Numbered from the stretch's first letter, positions 40,967-51,976 are shown. The stretch: DNA of 64,000 nucleotides from Abditibacterium sp. (GCA_965199495.1 CBDASK010000003.1:192001-256000); one strand, 5' to 3'. The notes: generated by a model not told the origin, from the letters alone. Made by a program: numbers and translations.

Positions 40967-42520
40967 TCAGATAAAAGAATGGGATTCCCTCGCAAGACTC
41001 ACGAGGAAACGCGCGCCTTGGCCGTGCGTGGAAATTGCACGAATGTCGCCACCATGTTCATGCGCCACGCGCTGACATATCGCCAGCCCAATACCAGTGC
41101 CCGGATATTTGTTGCGTCCATGCAGACGCGTGAAGGGTTCGAGAATGGACTTCGCCTCCTCTTCATCGAAGCCGATGCCGTTGTCGCGAACTTCAATACA
41201 GACTAATTCCGAATCGCATTGAGGCGCCGTTTCGTCTTTGTTCAAAGCGCGCACACGGATAACGGGGCTTTGCTCGCCGCGAAATTTGAGCGAGTTGGAA
41301 AGCAAATTGGCGAAAAGTTGTTTCAATCGCACCGCGTTGCCGGGCACAACGGGCAACGCTTCGACTTCGAGTTGCGCCCCACATTCGTTGAGGGCAGTTT
41401 CAAATTCTTCGCGCAGTTCGGCCCACAAAACTCCCAAATCAACTGGCGTCTGGGCGACGCTGCGATCCAACAACAGCCCGTAGGCCAACAAATCTGCGAT
41501 GAGATTTTGCATTCTCTCCGCCGCGCGCGTCATGCCCTGAAGATAGCGGGCGAAAGTATCGTCTTCTGGATTATCGTCGGGAGCAGCCACCGGCAACGCG
41601 AGCAAACGGTCACCGAACACGCGAATCTTGCGCAGTGGCTCCTGCAAATCGTGCGAGGCGACAAAGGCGAACCGTTCCAAATCGGCATTGGAACGCTGGA
41701 GATCAATGTTGGCGCGTTCCAGTTGTTGCGTGCGTTGCGCCAGACTCGCTTCGGCGCGGCGCCGCAACGTAATGTCCTCGATTTCGGCGGTGAAGTAGAG
41801 CGGCCTGTGGCGCGAATCGCGAATCAGTGTCAGCGAAAGCAGACAGTTCAGATAATGGCCGTTTTTGTGGCGATAGCGCGCTTCGATGCCCGCGACGGAG
41901 GGGCCGCCATCGAGAATAGATTGGTAGTACGCTTCCACGCGGTCGCGGTCGTCGGGATGGCGCACATCGCGCGCGCACAGCTGCAATAATTCCGGTTCCG
42001 CGTAGCCAATCAACTGGCAGAGCGCGGGGTTGACTTCGAGCGTTCGTCCCTGCAAGCAAATGAGCGCCTTGCCCGCCGCCGCACCATGAAAAAACGCGCG
42101 CCAGTTGCGCGCTTGCAGACGCAGAGCCACGGCGTCCATTTCGAGTTCGACATCGCGCGACCTGACTTCGGCGGGCGAGGAAACGCGTTCGCTGTTGGCA
42201 CTTTCTTTGTCTTGCGCAACGGCCAACAACCACAAACGCGATTGCTCGGCTGCGATTTCCTCGGCGCCCACCTTGGCCAATCGCAACTGCAAAGGCTTGA
42301 GTTCGCCGGGCGCCTTGACCATGCGATCTATAAACGCGGGTTTTGCGTTCTCGTTTTGAACAGCCACGGCGCGCAATTCGGCCATCGCGTCGGGCAGACA
42401 AAGCGCGAGTTCATCAAAGGCGCCAAAGCGCGCGCGCCAGACGCCGTTGGTTTCGCGCAAGCGCCCGTTTGCCTCAGCGATGGCGCACGCCCACGGTAAA
42501 ATCGAGATGTCAACTCTCAA
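40967..42520 (-). CDS. PAS sensor histidine kinase
   Basis: ASHDLQEPLR, NLLSNSLKF, DNGIG, GTGIGL; start position uncertain. Confidence 0.9.
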   Translation of the reverse strand: MRVDISILPWACAIAEANGRLRETNGVWRARFGAFDELALCLPDAMAELRAVAVQNENAKPAFIDRMVKAPGELKPLQLRLAKVGAEEIAAEQSRLWLLAVAQDKESANSERVSSPAEVRSRDVELEMDAVALRLQARNWRAFFHGAAAGKALICLQGRTLEVNPALCQLIGYAEPELLQLCARDVRHPDDRDRVEAYYQSILDGGPSVAGIEARYRHKNGHYLNCLLSLTLIRDSRHRPLYFTAEIEDITLRRRAEASLAQRTQQLERANIDLQRSNADLERFAFVASHDLQEPLRKIRVFGDRLLALPVAAPDDNPEDDTFARYLQGMTRAAERMQNLIADLLAYGLLLDRSVAQTPVDLGVLWAELREEFETALNECGAQLEVEALPVVPGNAVRLKQLFANLLSNSLKFRGEQSPVIRVRALNKDETAPQCDSELVCIEVRDNGIGFDEEEAKSILEPFTRLHGRNKYPGTGIGLAICQRVAHEHGGDIRAISTHGQGARFLVSLARESHSFI

Positions 42521-44135
42521 GCGAATCCCTCCCAGATGCGGCGCCGTCGAGCGGCAAGCGCACGCGGAAAATCGCGCCGTATTCGGGCACGCCGTGAGCG
42601 GTCAAAGTGCCGCCGTGACGCTCGGCGATGGCGCGGCAAATCGTGAGTCCAACGCCCGCGCCATCGTCGGGAAGGTCATTGTCTAAGCGGCGAAAAATCT
42701 CGAAAATCGTTTCGGCCTGTTGAACAGTGAAACCGCGCCCATTGTCGGCGACTTCGATGGTGCAAAACTCGCGCTCGGCGCGCCCGCTTATTCGCACGAC
42801 GAGCGGCACATCGGGGCGACGATAGCTGAGCGCGTTGCCGATGAGATTTTGCAAAAGTTGGTGCATCTGCGTGGCGTCAGCGCGCAACTCAGGAAGTGGG
42901 CCGACTTCAAGCGTCGCGCCCGCGCGTTCGATGGCCAGTTCCAGATCGAGCAACACATCGCGCAGCACGCGATTCAGGTCAACGTTTTGGTGCGTAGTTT
43001 CCAAGGTCGCCACGCGCGAATAGGCGAGCAAACCGTTGATGAGGCCAGTCATGCGATGCGCGGCGCGGCGCGTTCTTTCCAGATAATGTTGGCCCTGCGG
43101 CGACAGTTTCGCGCTTTCTTCGTCCTGCAAACGCTCGCAAAAAACTTCGATTTTGCGTAGGGGCTGCTTGAGATCGTGCGAGACGGCGAAGGCGAAAGTT
43201 TCCCAATCGCGGTTGGAATTTTCTAATTTTTTCGCGAAGCGCGCGCGTTCGTTTTCGTCCCTTTTGCGGTCGGTAATATCGAAGTGCGCGCCGATAGTGC
43301 CGACGATTTGGCCACTGGCATCGCGCAGGGGCGAACCGTTAATCAGCATCCAACGCGTCGAACCATCGCGGTGCCGAAGCGCAACTTCGTAGGTGCCGCT
43401 GTGGCCTTGCGCGCGCATCTGGTTGCGGTGGCTGCACGCGGGCCAATCTTCGGTATGGGCCAACAAACGGTAAGCATTTTGGCCCATCAACTCGGCGTTG
43501 GAGTAGCCGGTCATCTCCGAAATGCGCGCGTTGGCGTAAGTAATCGAATCGTCGAGGTCGGTGAGGAGCAGCCCATCGTGCAGATTTTCGACGATGGCGC
43601 GCATTTGGTTCTCGGAAGCGCGCAAATCGTCCTCGATTTTTTTGCGCTCCGAAATATCCAAAACCCACATCAACATCGTTCGCGTGTCGCCCTCCTCGCC
43701 GCCATGAATTCGAGTTTTGCAGTTCCCGGCATCAATCAGGGTCGCGCCGGTAATGATGGGCACGCGCGAACCGTCGGGGCGCAAAAATTCGGTTTCCCAC
43801 GCCGCACACGAACCGCTCGTCCAGAGTAACTCTCCTTTTTCGCGATGAAGTTCCTCTTCTTCGGGCGCCACATAATTTCGCCAGTGCGACAAATTCAACT
43901 GCGCGCTCGAACGCCCGATGATACGCTCAAAAACCGGATTAACTTCCAAGATGTCTCCATTGGCCGCGCCAATGAGGACGCCGATAATCTCCGAATCAAG
44001 CAAACGCCGAAAGCGCAAATCGGACAAACAGAGCCGTTCGTTACGCGCCCTCAACGCGCCATTTTCGGCGCGCAGACGAGCCACTTCGGCGCGCAGTTGC
44101 GCCAATTCGTCGGCGTTAGCGTCGTTAGCATTCAT
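42510..44135 (-). CDS. PAS-PAS sensor histidine kinase
   Basis: VSHDLKQPLR, NLIGNAL, DNGRG, GAGVGL. Confidence 0.9.
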   Translation of the reverse strand: MNANDANADELAQLRAEVARLRAENGALRARNERLCLSDLRFRRLLDSEIIGVLIGAANGDILEVNPVFERIIGRSSAQLNLSHWRNYVAPEEEELHREKGELLWTSGSCAAWETEFLRPDGSRVPIITGATLIDAGNCKTRIHGGEEGDTRTMLMWVLDISERKKIEDDLRASENQMRAIVENLHDGLLLTDLDDSITYANARISEMTGYSNAELMGQNAYRLLAHTEDWPACSHRNQMRAQGHSGTYEVALRHRDGSTRWMLINGSPLRDASGQIVGTIGAHFDITDRKRDENERARFAKKLENSNRDWETFAFAVSHDLKQPLRKIEVFCERLQDEESAKLSPQGQHYLERTRRAAHRMTGLINGLLAYSRVATLETTHQNVDLNRVLRDVLLDLELAIERAGATLEVGPLPELRADATQMHQLLQNLIGNALSYRRPDVPLVVRISGRAEREFCTIEVADNGRGFTVQQAETIFEIFRRLDNDLPDDGAGVGLTICRAIAERHGGTLTAHGVPEYGAIFRVRLPLDGAASGRDSLES

Positions 44136-44419
44136 AAAACTCAATTGAATTTCGCCGCTTCAATCCACAACGACGAGCGAAGAATCATCGGGCAGTTTTG
44201 CGTTCTTACCGCTATGTTGCAACTGGCGCAATTGCCAAATTAGATTCGCGCGCTGTTGCGCACGCGCCGTCGCTCAAATCGCTTCCATGTCCCGAAGTTC
44301 CTCCAAAGAACACCGATTGGGATGGATGCCTAAGTAGAGCGACTTGCAAGACGCTCTACTCAATCCTGCCCGAAGCGAAGGCTCGTGTCAAAACGGACTT
44401 ACGCAAAAGGTCTAACTAA

Positions 44420-44453
44420 AAAAGGCGCGACTTAAAAACAAGTCGCGCCTTTT
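44420..44453 (-). terminator. intrinsic terminator after fabI
   Basis: AAAAGGCGCGACTT..AAGTCGCGCCTTTT. Confidence 0.8.
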
Positions 44454-44465
44454 ACTTTGTCAAAT

Positions 44466-45242
44466 TTACATGCCCATCGTGACGTAACCGCCATCAACAT
44501 AAAGCACTTGTCCGGTCATAAACTCGGAGGCGTCCGAGGCCAAATACAAACCGGTTCCGGCCAGCGCCGAGGCTTCGGCGGGCCAAGCGAGAGGCGCTTT
44601 TTCTTTGACGTGCGCGACCATCGTGCCGAATCCAGCGATACCGCGTCCGGCCAAAGTGTTGGTTGGCCCCGCCGAAATGCAGTTGACGCGAATGTTTTTG
44701 GCGCCCAATTCATGGCCCAGATAACGCGCGCTGGCTTCGAGGCCCGCTTTAGCCACGCCCATCACGTTGTAGTTGGGAATGACTTTTTCGCTGCCCAGAT
44801 AAGTCATCGCGACAATCGAACCGCCGTCGGTCATCAAGGGCGCGGTGTGACGCGCCAGAGCCAACAACGAATACGTTGAAACATCGAGGGCGATGCGAAA
44901 ATCGTCGCGTTTGGTCTGCGAAATCGGCTCGGCCAAAGTCGCTTTGGGCGCGAAAGCGACCGAGTGCAACATCAAGTCAACGCGGTCGGTTTTGGTGCGG
45001 ACGAACTCGAAAAACGAATCGAGTTCTTCGTCGCTCGAAACGTCGCACGGCGCGAGGGCGATGTCGTCGCCAAAGGCCGAAGTCAACTCTTCGACGTTCT
45101 CTTTGAGGCGCTCGCCCTGATAATTGAAAATCAGGGTCGCGCCCGCTTCGTGCCAGGCTTTGGCAATCGCCCAGGCGATGGAGCGCTTGTTGGCGACTCC
45201 GAAAATAAGACCGACTTTTCCGGCCAATGGTTTATCTTGCAT
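44466..45242 (-). CDS. fabI: enoyl-ACP reductase
   Basis: GVANKRSIAW, YNVMGVAKA, ISAGP. Confidence 0.95.
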   Translation of the reverse strand: MQDKPLAGKVGLIFGVANKRSIAWAIAKAWHEAGATLIFNYQGERLKENVEELTSAFGDDIALAPCDVSSDEELDSFFEFVRTKTDRVDLMLHSVAFAPKATLAEPISQTKRDDFRIALDVSTYSLLALARHTAPLMTDGGSIVAMTYLGSEKVIPNYNVMGVAKAGLEASARYLGHELGAKNIRVNCISAGPTNTLAGRGIAGFGTMVAHVKEKAPLAWPAEASALAGTGLYLASDASEFMTGQVLYVDGGYVTMGM

Positions 45243-45264
45243 GATGAATGGAAGGAGACAAATG

Positions 45265-45297
45265 AAAGGTTGGCGCCGCGAAATGGCGCCAACCTTT
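45265..45297. terminator. terminator-like hairpin
   Basis: AAAGGTTGGCGCC..GGCGCCAACCTTT. Confidence 0.65.
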
Positions 45298-45314
45298 GTT
45301 TTGCGAAGGTGAGT

Positions 45315-46691
45315 TTAGTAGGCGCGGCGCAAGGTGTTGCGGCGCTGTGCATTGAAGAAATCGGGGTCGCCGAAGATATAGATGCGCACGACGCGGTTGT
45401 TGCGAATGGTGAAAACCACGTTATACGATTGCTCGTAACGCAAATCGTAGGTGCGAAACGCCGCGTTATCGGCGGGCGCCGCCGCACCGCCGCCGCCCGC
45501 GTCGCCACCTGCCGCCGCACCTGCTGGGCCACCGGGCGCGCCGCCGGGGCCGCCAAGCGCGCCACCGCCAGCCGCGCCGCCGCCGGGCGCGCCAGTGACG
45601 CTATTAGCCACGGCGGCTGGGTCGGAAGCCAAAGGCACGATGTCATCGGGATAGCCGTAGCGAAAGACGACTTTGCGGAAGTCGTCGCCGAGCTTTACGG
45701 TATGAACCGGGTCTTCGAGCTGTGTCGAAGAAATGTCCGACTGCGTGCCCGCCACAATAACGGCGTCCACAAAGCCCAGACGATCCACGACGAAACCCAT
45801 CTGATAATTATCGCGCTTGTAAAGCCACTCGACGTGATTCTGATCGAGTTGAACCGTGACAGCCAACGCCCATGCGGGCAAACCGCCCTCTGGACTTGTC
45901 GGAGGGAACAGCGAAGTCACTTCGGGCGGCGTCTGCAATAGGGTCAAATTGGTATTGGTCGGAGCCGCCGTCGCGCCGCCGCCCTCTGCGCCACCGGGGC
46001 CGCCCGCACCGCCCGGCCCGCCGGGGCCACCCGCACCACCGGGAGCGCCGCCCTCAGCGCCACCACCTGCCGCCGCACTTTCGACAGCGCGCACGACAGC
46101 AGTTGGGTTGCCATGCAGGGCGAACAAGCCGTAACGATCAATGCGATTGAAGCGATCTTTATCCACGGCGCGCGTGCCCAGACCGATGCCAGCCAACTGA
46201 AATTCGAGCGGATAGCGCACCCACTTGGGCAAAGTCGGCGTGGCTGGTGCAAAGTTGCGAACCGACGCCGGAGCGACCGGACGGGGGAAGTTCTGCGCGT
46301 AACGCTCATAGGCTTTGGGGTCAACTTTCTTCCAGCCGCCTTTGCCATCGGGAACTTTACCGCCAAAGTCGGGCGTCGGGCCGGACAATAAATCGCGCAT
46401 CGGCACATTGATGGGGCGCTCGTTAATCATCGGCTGCAAAGCCGCGCCGGGCACTTGTCCTGCCTTGGCGCGTTGGCGTTGAATCGCCTTGATCTGAGCC
46501 AATGGTAAATAATTGGAATCGGCGGGCGGCATCGCCTTGGCGTTGGCCTGAGTTTTGACGACAGTTTTAGCGGCGGATTTTGCGGTGGGCGCGGCACCAG
46601 AATGGGCGGCGCTCAGGGCGACCGTAGCGACGCAAGCCGCGAGCGGCAGGGAAGTCGCCAGCAGCGGGCGAAAAGCGAGAAATTTAGTCAT
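45315..46691 (-). CDS. secreted hypothetical protein with Gly/Pro/Ala-rich inserts
   Basis: Signal peptide; two GGAPGGPGG low-complexity tracts. Confidence 0.75.
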   Translation of the reverse strand: MTKFLAFRPLLATSLPLAACVATVALSAAHSGAAPTAKSAAKTVVKTQANAKAMPPADSNYLPLAQIKAIQRQRAKAGQVPGAALQPMINERPINVPMRDLLSGPTPDFGGKVPDGKGGWKKVDPKAYERYAQNFPRPVAPASVRNFAPATPTLPKWVRYPLEFQLAGIGLGTRAVDKDRFNRIDRYGLFALHGNPTAVVRAVESAAAGGGAEGGAPGGAGGPGGPGGAGGPGGAEGGGATAAPTNTNLTLLQTPPEVTSLFPPTSPEGGLPAWALAVTVQLDQNHVEWLYKRDNYQMGFVVDRLGFVDAVIVAGTQSDISSTQLEDPVHTVKLGDDFRKVVFRYGYPDDIVPLASDPAAVANSVTGAPGGGAAGGGALGGPGGAPGGPAGAAAGGDAGGGGAAAPADNAAFRTYDLRYEQSYNVVFTIRNNRVVRIYIFGDPDFFNAQRRNTLRRAY

Positions 46692-46823
46692 ATTGTCCAA
46701 AGGCAATTACACGGGCCAATCAACTTACCACAAACAGGCGGGAACGGGCACAGTTTACGCCGCGCGGAGAGTTGCGCCTAATTTTACAATAATTAGCGGT
46801 GGGAAGTCAGGAGTAATTTTAAT

Positions 46824-49343
46824 TCACCCCGCTTTTTCTACTTCGTAGCGCGCCGCCAAATTGCAATAAAACTGGCGTTTAGCGCCGTCCACATACAATT
46901 CCCACGCGCCGCCATCCATCCAAATGCGCAGTTGCGGCTTGCCATTCAAACCGATCTCAATCGGCTCTGCCGTCGAAACGCCCGGCGTATCAATCGGCCC
47001 ATCGCCAATCGCTTCAACTTTCCACTGACCGTTCGGATTATCTTTAAAACGCGGGTCGCGCATAACTTTCTGATCGACGTTCTGCGCATCACTCGTCATT
47101 TTTATCAGATAACGCTGGCTCTGCGCGAGCGGCAAACCGTCCAGCGAAATCGCCACTAAAGCGCCTTCGCGCGCGTTTTTCACCGTGAGGCCGCCCGCAA
47201 AACCCGTCGAATTTTTCAGGTTGCCCGCCAAAATTTGCACCTGCGGCGTCTCGACCGACAGGCGCCCGCGCTTGACATCGCGCATGACCTGTCCGGTATC
47301 GGAACGCAAAACCGTCTCGGCGCTCGCCACGTTGCGCGGCGCCACAGCATCCGATTTTTGCAGCGCCTCCAACTCGGCGCCCCACACTTCGTCCTCGCTC
47401 AACTGCGCGTAAACCATGCGTTTTTTGCCCGCATCCCAAAAGCCGCGCGCAGTTTTACCAGCCACGCCGACCGGCTCCAAATTTTTGGCTTTGAGTTGCG
47501 CCAAATCGAACGTTTTGCCATCAGTCGCGCTCAAACCGTAATCGGCCCAGTAACTCGCGCGCCCTAAATTTCCGGCGGCGTCCAATCGCCGGTCGCGCGT
47601 GTAAAGCAACACGGGCGCACCAGTGTATTGCGCCCCTAAACTGCGCCCCGGCGGCACGATCAAATCCACGCCTTTGGGCGCGCGATAGGTTTGGCCCTCG
47701 AAAAAATCGTTCTCGACGCGCGTTGTCCAGCCCAAGGCATAAAGCGGCTGGTGAAACTTTTCGTAAGAATACAAATCGGCTTCGCTATACGGCACGACAA
47801 CCGTATGTTTGGCCGGTTCGATCATGTTGCCCAAAAACATGCGCGCGCCGACCGCCGCCATCTGCCAGCGCGATGGGTCAGAGCGCACGTTGAAATAGCC
47901 GACGCGCGCTTTCGGATCGGTCTCGTAGGTAAACAGAATCATCGCGTCCAAATCGTGGAGGCCAGCGAACGTGGCGGCTTCGAGCATCCCGGCACCGCGA
48001 TTGGGATTGGGCCAACAATAATTCCACTCGCGCACAACGAGCGGTTTACCGCGCATGCGCGCCAGCCCAATCGCCGCCGTCAGCGAATGGTCACCGACAT
48101 CCTGAATTGGGTTACGCCCGTGAAAATACGACGGCAGTTGCCATTGCGGCAAACCGGTGCCCCAATACGGATGATCATAATAAAAATTGCAGCCGATGAA
48201 ATCTAATTCTTTGGTTTGCGAACTTAGATCAGCCACGTCGTCGTAACGCCCGGTCGCGCAGAGCGGGACTTTAATGCCGATTTCGCGCAGATACGATTTC
48301 ATCTCGCGAAAATATTTGCGGTGAACCTCGACCGCGAAACGCGCGCCGTCGCCGCGCCGCGCTGGCATCGCGTAAGGTTTGTCGGCGTCCGAAATCCGCG
48401 AAGTTTCCCACGTCACAAACGGCACTTGGACGTTGCCCTTTTCCAACGATTCGCCGTTAAACAAGGCCGATTTGCCATTTGGCCCCGTCCACGCGCGGCG
48501 CAATTTTTCGGTCGTGCCGTAACGATCTTTCAGCCAATCGTTCCACATCCGGGCGAAGTGCGTCGCATACGGTTCGGGCATCGAGCGCCACAGGCCGCGG
48601 CGCATGAACAGGCCGTTTTCGTCGTAGAGTTCGAGCATCACGACGGCGGGATCGTTCGCGTAAGATTTGCCGGTATACGGGTTGATATGCTCGACCATCA
48701 AGCGGCGCGCGTATTCCTTTTGCAGCTCGATAAGTTTCGGATCGAAGACCGCGTAAGGCTTGGCGCTGCGCCCGATGGCTTCGGCGTTGGGCACGCCGTC
48801 GCCGTCTTTGAAATGGCGATAATCCAACAAATCGAGATAAACGTAAAGCCCATTTTTGGCGGCGGTCGCGATCCAAAAATCGAGTTTGCGCCATTTGGCC
48901 TCGTCGAACCCGCGCGACGTGGCTGCGTTGAGGTCAATGATGCCATCGCGCTCGTCGAAGTGGTGCAGTCGCACCAAATTAAAGCCCGCCGAGCGAAAAC
49001 TGCGAATCATCGTTTCGATGTCCGCATCGGATTCTTGCAGCGACGAATTGGCGACGTTGATGCCCCAAAACTTGGCGCGCGAGCCGTCGCCGCTCCACAC
49101 GAAATGCTCGCCGCGCGTTTGCAAAAAGCCTTTACGTCCGGCGGGCGCGGGCACGATGTCAGAGAAATCGGCCTGCGAGGCGCGCGGAAAACGCGTGACG
49201 TTGGGGTCGAGCGAAGTCTGGGCGCGCGCCGACAGAGACGCCCCGATGAGAACGATGAAACACCAGAGAAAAACCATGAAAAACAGGCCGAAACCGAGCG
49301 CGCGCAGGCGCGCGGATTTAGTCTTCGGCAACGACAGCTTCAT
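46824..49343 (-). CDS. clan GH-A (GH5-like) glycoside hydrolase, secreted
   Basis: KFWGINV, GFNLVRLHH, HINPYTGKSYANDPAV, PLVVREWN. Confidence 0.75.
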   Translation of the reverse strand: MKLSLPKTKSARLRALGFGLFFMVFLWCFIVLIGASLSARAQTSLDPNVTRFPRASQADFSDIVPAPAGRKGFLQTRGEHFVWSGDGSRAKFWGINVANSSLQESDADIETMIRSFRSAGFNLVRLHHFDERDGIIDLNAATSRGFDEAKWRKLDFWIATAAKNGLYVYLDLLDYRHFKDGDGVPNAEAIGRSAKPYAVFDPKLIELQKEYARRLMVEHINPYTGKSYANDPAVVMLELYDENGLFMRRGLWRSMPEPYATHFARMWNDWLKDRYGTTEKLRRAWTGPNGKSALFNGESLEKGNVQVPFVTWETSRISDADKPYAMPARRGDGARFAVEVHRKYFREMKSYLREIGIKVPLCATGRYDDVADLSSQTKELDFIGCNFYYDHPYWGTGLPQWQLPSYFHGRNPIQDVGDHSLTAAIGLARMRGKPLVVREWNYCWPNPNRGAGMLEAATFAGLHDLDAMILFTYETDPKARVGYFNVRSDPSRWQMAAVGARMFLGNMIEPAKHTVVVPYSEADLYSYEKFHQPLYALGWTTRVENDFFEGQTYRAPKGVDLIVPPGRSLGAQYTGAPVLLYTRDRRLDAAGNLGRASYWADYGLSATDGKTFDLAQLKAKNLEPVGVAGKTARGFWDAGKKRMVYAQLSEDEVWGAELEALQKSDAVAPRNVASAETVLRSDTGQVMRDVKRGRLSVETPQVQILAGNLKNSTGFAGGLTVKNAREGALVAISLDGLPLAQSQRYLIKMTSDAQNVDQKVMRDPRFKDNPNGQWKVEAIGDGPIDTPGVSTAEPIEIGLNGKPQLRIWMDGGAWELYVDGAKRQFYCNLAARYEVEKAG

Positions 49344-49758
49344 CAATAACCGACTCCGAGGCGGCGAAAAACTGGATGCCGCGCGCGGCAATCGCCGAAG
49401 CGAAATAGCCCAGAATTAACAAATACAAAACGCGCAAAAACTCGACGCCAAACACGGAGACGACCGCCTGAACGACTTTGGCGGTTTCGGTGGAATTACC
49501 GGCTTGCTTGTTGAACTCGTCGTTGAGAACGCCCGGCTGCGCCAGGCGCGCCAATCCGCCCAGCGCTTGCCAAAAGACGTAAAGCAGCAAAGCAGCGCCG
49601 AACACGAAAAAGGCGAGACCAAGCCAGCGCGAAATGCGCCGCCAGCGCCCTCCGGCGCGACGGGCTTCGCGCGCTTCTTCGCGGCGCTGGGTCTCGCGCG
49701 GGGAATCGGCGACGAGCGTTTCGGTTTCTGTTGGCGTGGGCGGTGACGATTGGGACAT
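49318..49758 (-). CDS. two-TM membrane hypothetical protein
   Basis: Two hydrophobic helices; overlaps the start of the hydrolase. Confidence 0.7.
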   Translation of the reverse strand: MSQSSPPTPTETETLVADSPRETQRREEAREARRAGGRWRRISRWLGLAFFVFGAALLLYVFWQALGGLARLAQPGVLNDEFNKQAGNSTETAKVVQAVVSVFGVEFLRVLYLLILGYFASAIAARGIQFFAASESVIDEAVVAED

Positions 49759-49815
49759 TGTTTTAGACGGCGTTTCAGTGTAGACAATCGGCGCGTTGGG
49801 GTTGAGGCGGGGTTT

Positions 49816-50409
49816 TTAAGAAAGCCAGCTCACTTCGCGCCTCAAAACCTCGTTCCACACGTCATAGCCCGCGCGCGACAGATGCAACTCATCTTTCATA
49901 AACAGCTCGCGCCGTGGCTGCTCGTCGGCATCGAGCATCGCCGCAGCCACGTCCACCCAAATCGCGTTTTGCCGCGCCCAAATTTCGCGCTGACACCAAA
50001 CATTGGTTTGATCAATTTGCGCGCGCAGTTCGGCGCGCGCGGACGAAATTTTCAGCGACAAAAACGCTGTCTGCACCGCGTCTAATCTCTCATCGCGTCC
50101 GTTCATCAACGTGCCCAGCGATTGCCAGACATCTTCGGGCAAAGCGCCGCGTGCCAGATCGTTATCGCCCGCGTAAATCACCAAACCGCTCGGCTGGCGC
50201 GGCACGATAAAATGCTCGAACGCTTCGACGCACTCGCTCAAAGTGGAGCCGCCAAAACCCCAATTTTCGATGGTCACAGCGGGAAACGCGCGCTTCAAAC
50301 CGGGCCATAAACGAATCGAACTTGACCCGAAAAAAATAATGTTGCCGGTTGGAACGTCGCGATATTTCGCTTCAGTTGCTTTCAATTGCGTCAAATGTTC
50401 GGGAAGCAT
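49816..50409 (-). CDS. SGNH/GDSL hydrolase
   Basis: FFGSSSI, GFGGS, YAGDND, DELH. Confidence 0.9.
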   Translation of the reverse strand: MLPEHLTQLKATEAKYRDVPTGNIIFFGSSSIRLWPGLKRAFPAVTIENWGFGGSTLSECVEAFEHFIVPRQPSGLVIYAGDNDLARGALPEDVWQSLGTLMNGRDERLDAVQTAFLSLKISSARAELRAQIDQTNVWCQREIWARQNAIWVDVAAAMLDADEQPRRELFMKDELHLSRAGYDVWNEVLRREVSWLS

Positions 50410-50423
50410 AATGTTCGGCTATT

Positions 50424-50559
50424 GTAAATCGTAGAGGCACCGACCGGGTGCCCTTTGGGCGGATGTCTAAAAAGGCTGAACTTGCTTTGGAATTAGCGGG
50501 TTCACTGACGTTTTAGACATCCGCCCAAAGGGCACCCGGTCGGTGTCTCTACGATTTGC
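50424..50559. repeat. GTAG-REP doublet, family 3
   Basis: AAATCGTAGAG(G/A)CACCGACCGGGTGCCCTTTGGGCGGATGTCTAAAA arms. Confidence 0.92.
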
Positions 50560-50564
50560 TCAAC

Positions 50565-51863
50565 TTAAAACGCGTAAGACAACAAACGTTCGTCGCGTAG
50601 GATATAATCGGGGCGTTTGGGCGAAACCGAAACGAGGGAAATCGGCACGCCCGAAACTTCCTCCAAACGTTCCAGATAAATGCGCGCATTGGTCGGCAAA
50701 TCTTCCATACGGCGCACGTTTTCCGTCGAGACGTTCCAGCCCTGAAACGTTTCGTAAATTGGCTCGCAACGCGCCAATTTGCCCAGACTGGCCGGGAAAT
50801 ATTCCAACTCCTGCCCGTCGCACATATAGCCGGTGCAGAGTTTGATTTCGTCGAATTGGTCGAAAACGTCCAACTTGGTAATCATCAAACTGTTGAAACC
50901 ATTCACGCGCGTGGCGTGACGAATCAGCATCGCGTCGAACCAGCCGCACATCCGTTTGCGGCCCGTCGTGGCGCCAAATTCGTGGCCGATGCGTCCGCAC
51001 ATTTCCTCGGTTTCTTTGTCCATCAGCGTCGGAAACGGCCCTTCGCCCACGCGCGTGGTGTAGGCTTTGGCAATGCCGGTGACGTGATCGATAAACGTCG
51101 GGCCGACGCCGCAACCGGTGCAGGCGCCACCCGCCGTGGCGTTGCTGCTGGTCACATACGGATACGTGCCGAAATCAATGTCCAAACCGGTGCCCTGCGC
51201 GCCCTCGAACATGATATTTTTGCCCTCTTTGCGCGCCTGATTCAAAAACACCGAGCCGTCCACGACATACGGTTTTAATCTCTCGGCATACGACAGATAA
51301 TCTTGCAACACGGCTTCGGGATGCGGGCGCTGCTGCGGCGTGAGATGACGCAGACCGTGCGTTTTTTCTTCCCAGTTGGCAGCGATTTTCTCGGCCAAAA
51401 GTTCCGGCTCGAACAAATCGCACACGCGCACGCCGATGCGCATCATTTTATCAACGTAGGTCGGGCCGATGCCGCGCTGCGTCGTGCCGATTTTGCGCGC
51501 GCGGTTTTGATTTTCGCGCGCCGCATCCAATAAACGGTGATACGGCAGCGTCAGGTGCGCGCGGTCGGAGACCAACAACTTACCATCCAATTGCAAACCT
51601 TTGCCTTCCATCTCGTCAATTTCGTCGAACAAAGTCGGCAAATCAATCACAACGCCGTTGCCGATAAGGCAAGTTTTGCCCTGCACGATGCCCGACGGAA
51701 TCAGGTGCAAAATATATTCGATGCCACCGGCGATGATGGTGTGACCGGCGTTGGCGCCGCCCTGAAAGCGGGCCACGACATCGGCCTGTTCGGAAAGTAA
51801 ATCAACGACGCGGCCTTTGCCCTCGTCGCCCCACTGCGCGCCTACCACAACTAATGAACCCAT
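50565..51863 (-). CDS. purA: adenylosuccinate synthetase
   Basis: GAQWGDEGKG, GGANAGHT, EGAQG, GTYPYVTSS. Confidence 0.98.
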   Translation of the reverse strand: MGSLVVVGAQWGDEGKGRVVDLLSEQADVVARFQGGANAGHTIIAGGIEYILHLIPSGIVQGKTCLIGNGVVIDLPTLFDEIDEMEGKGLQLDGKLLVSDRAHLTLPYHRLLDAARENQNRARKIGTTQRGIGPTYVDKMMRIGVRVCDLFEPELLAEKIAANWEEKTHGLRHLTPQQRPHPEAVLQDYLSYAERLKPYVVDGSVFLNQARKEGKNIMFEGAQGTGLDIDFGTYPYVTSSNATAGGACTGCGVGPTFIDHVTGIAKAYTTRVGEGPFPTLMDKETEEMCGRIGHEFGATTGRKRMCGWFDAMLIRHATRVNGFNSLMITKLDVFDQFDEIKLCTGYMCDGQELEYFPASLGKLARCEPIYETFQGWNVSTENVRRMEDLPTNARIYLERLEEVSGVPISLVSVSPKRPDYILRDERLLSYAF

Positions 51864-51976
51864 ATTATTTGAAAACCTTGTCCCGCCAACTTCGTTAATT
51901 TCGAGCAACGGGCAAACCCCTTGATTTTAAGTCAAAAGATGGGGTAAAGTCAAATCGGAACGTCTTTTCAAAGCCT

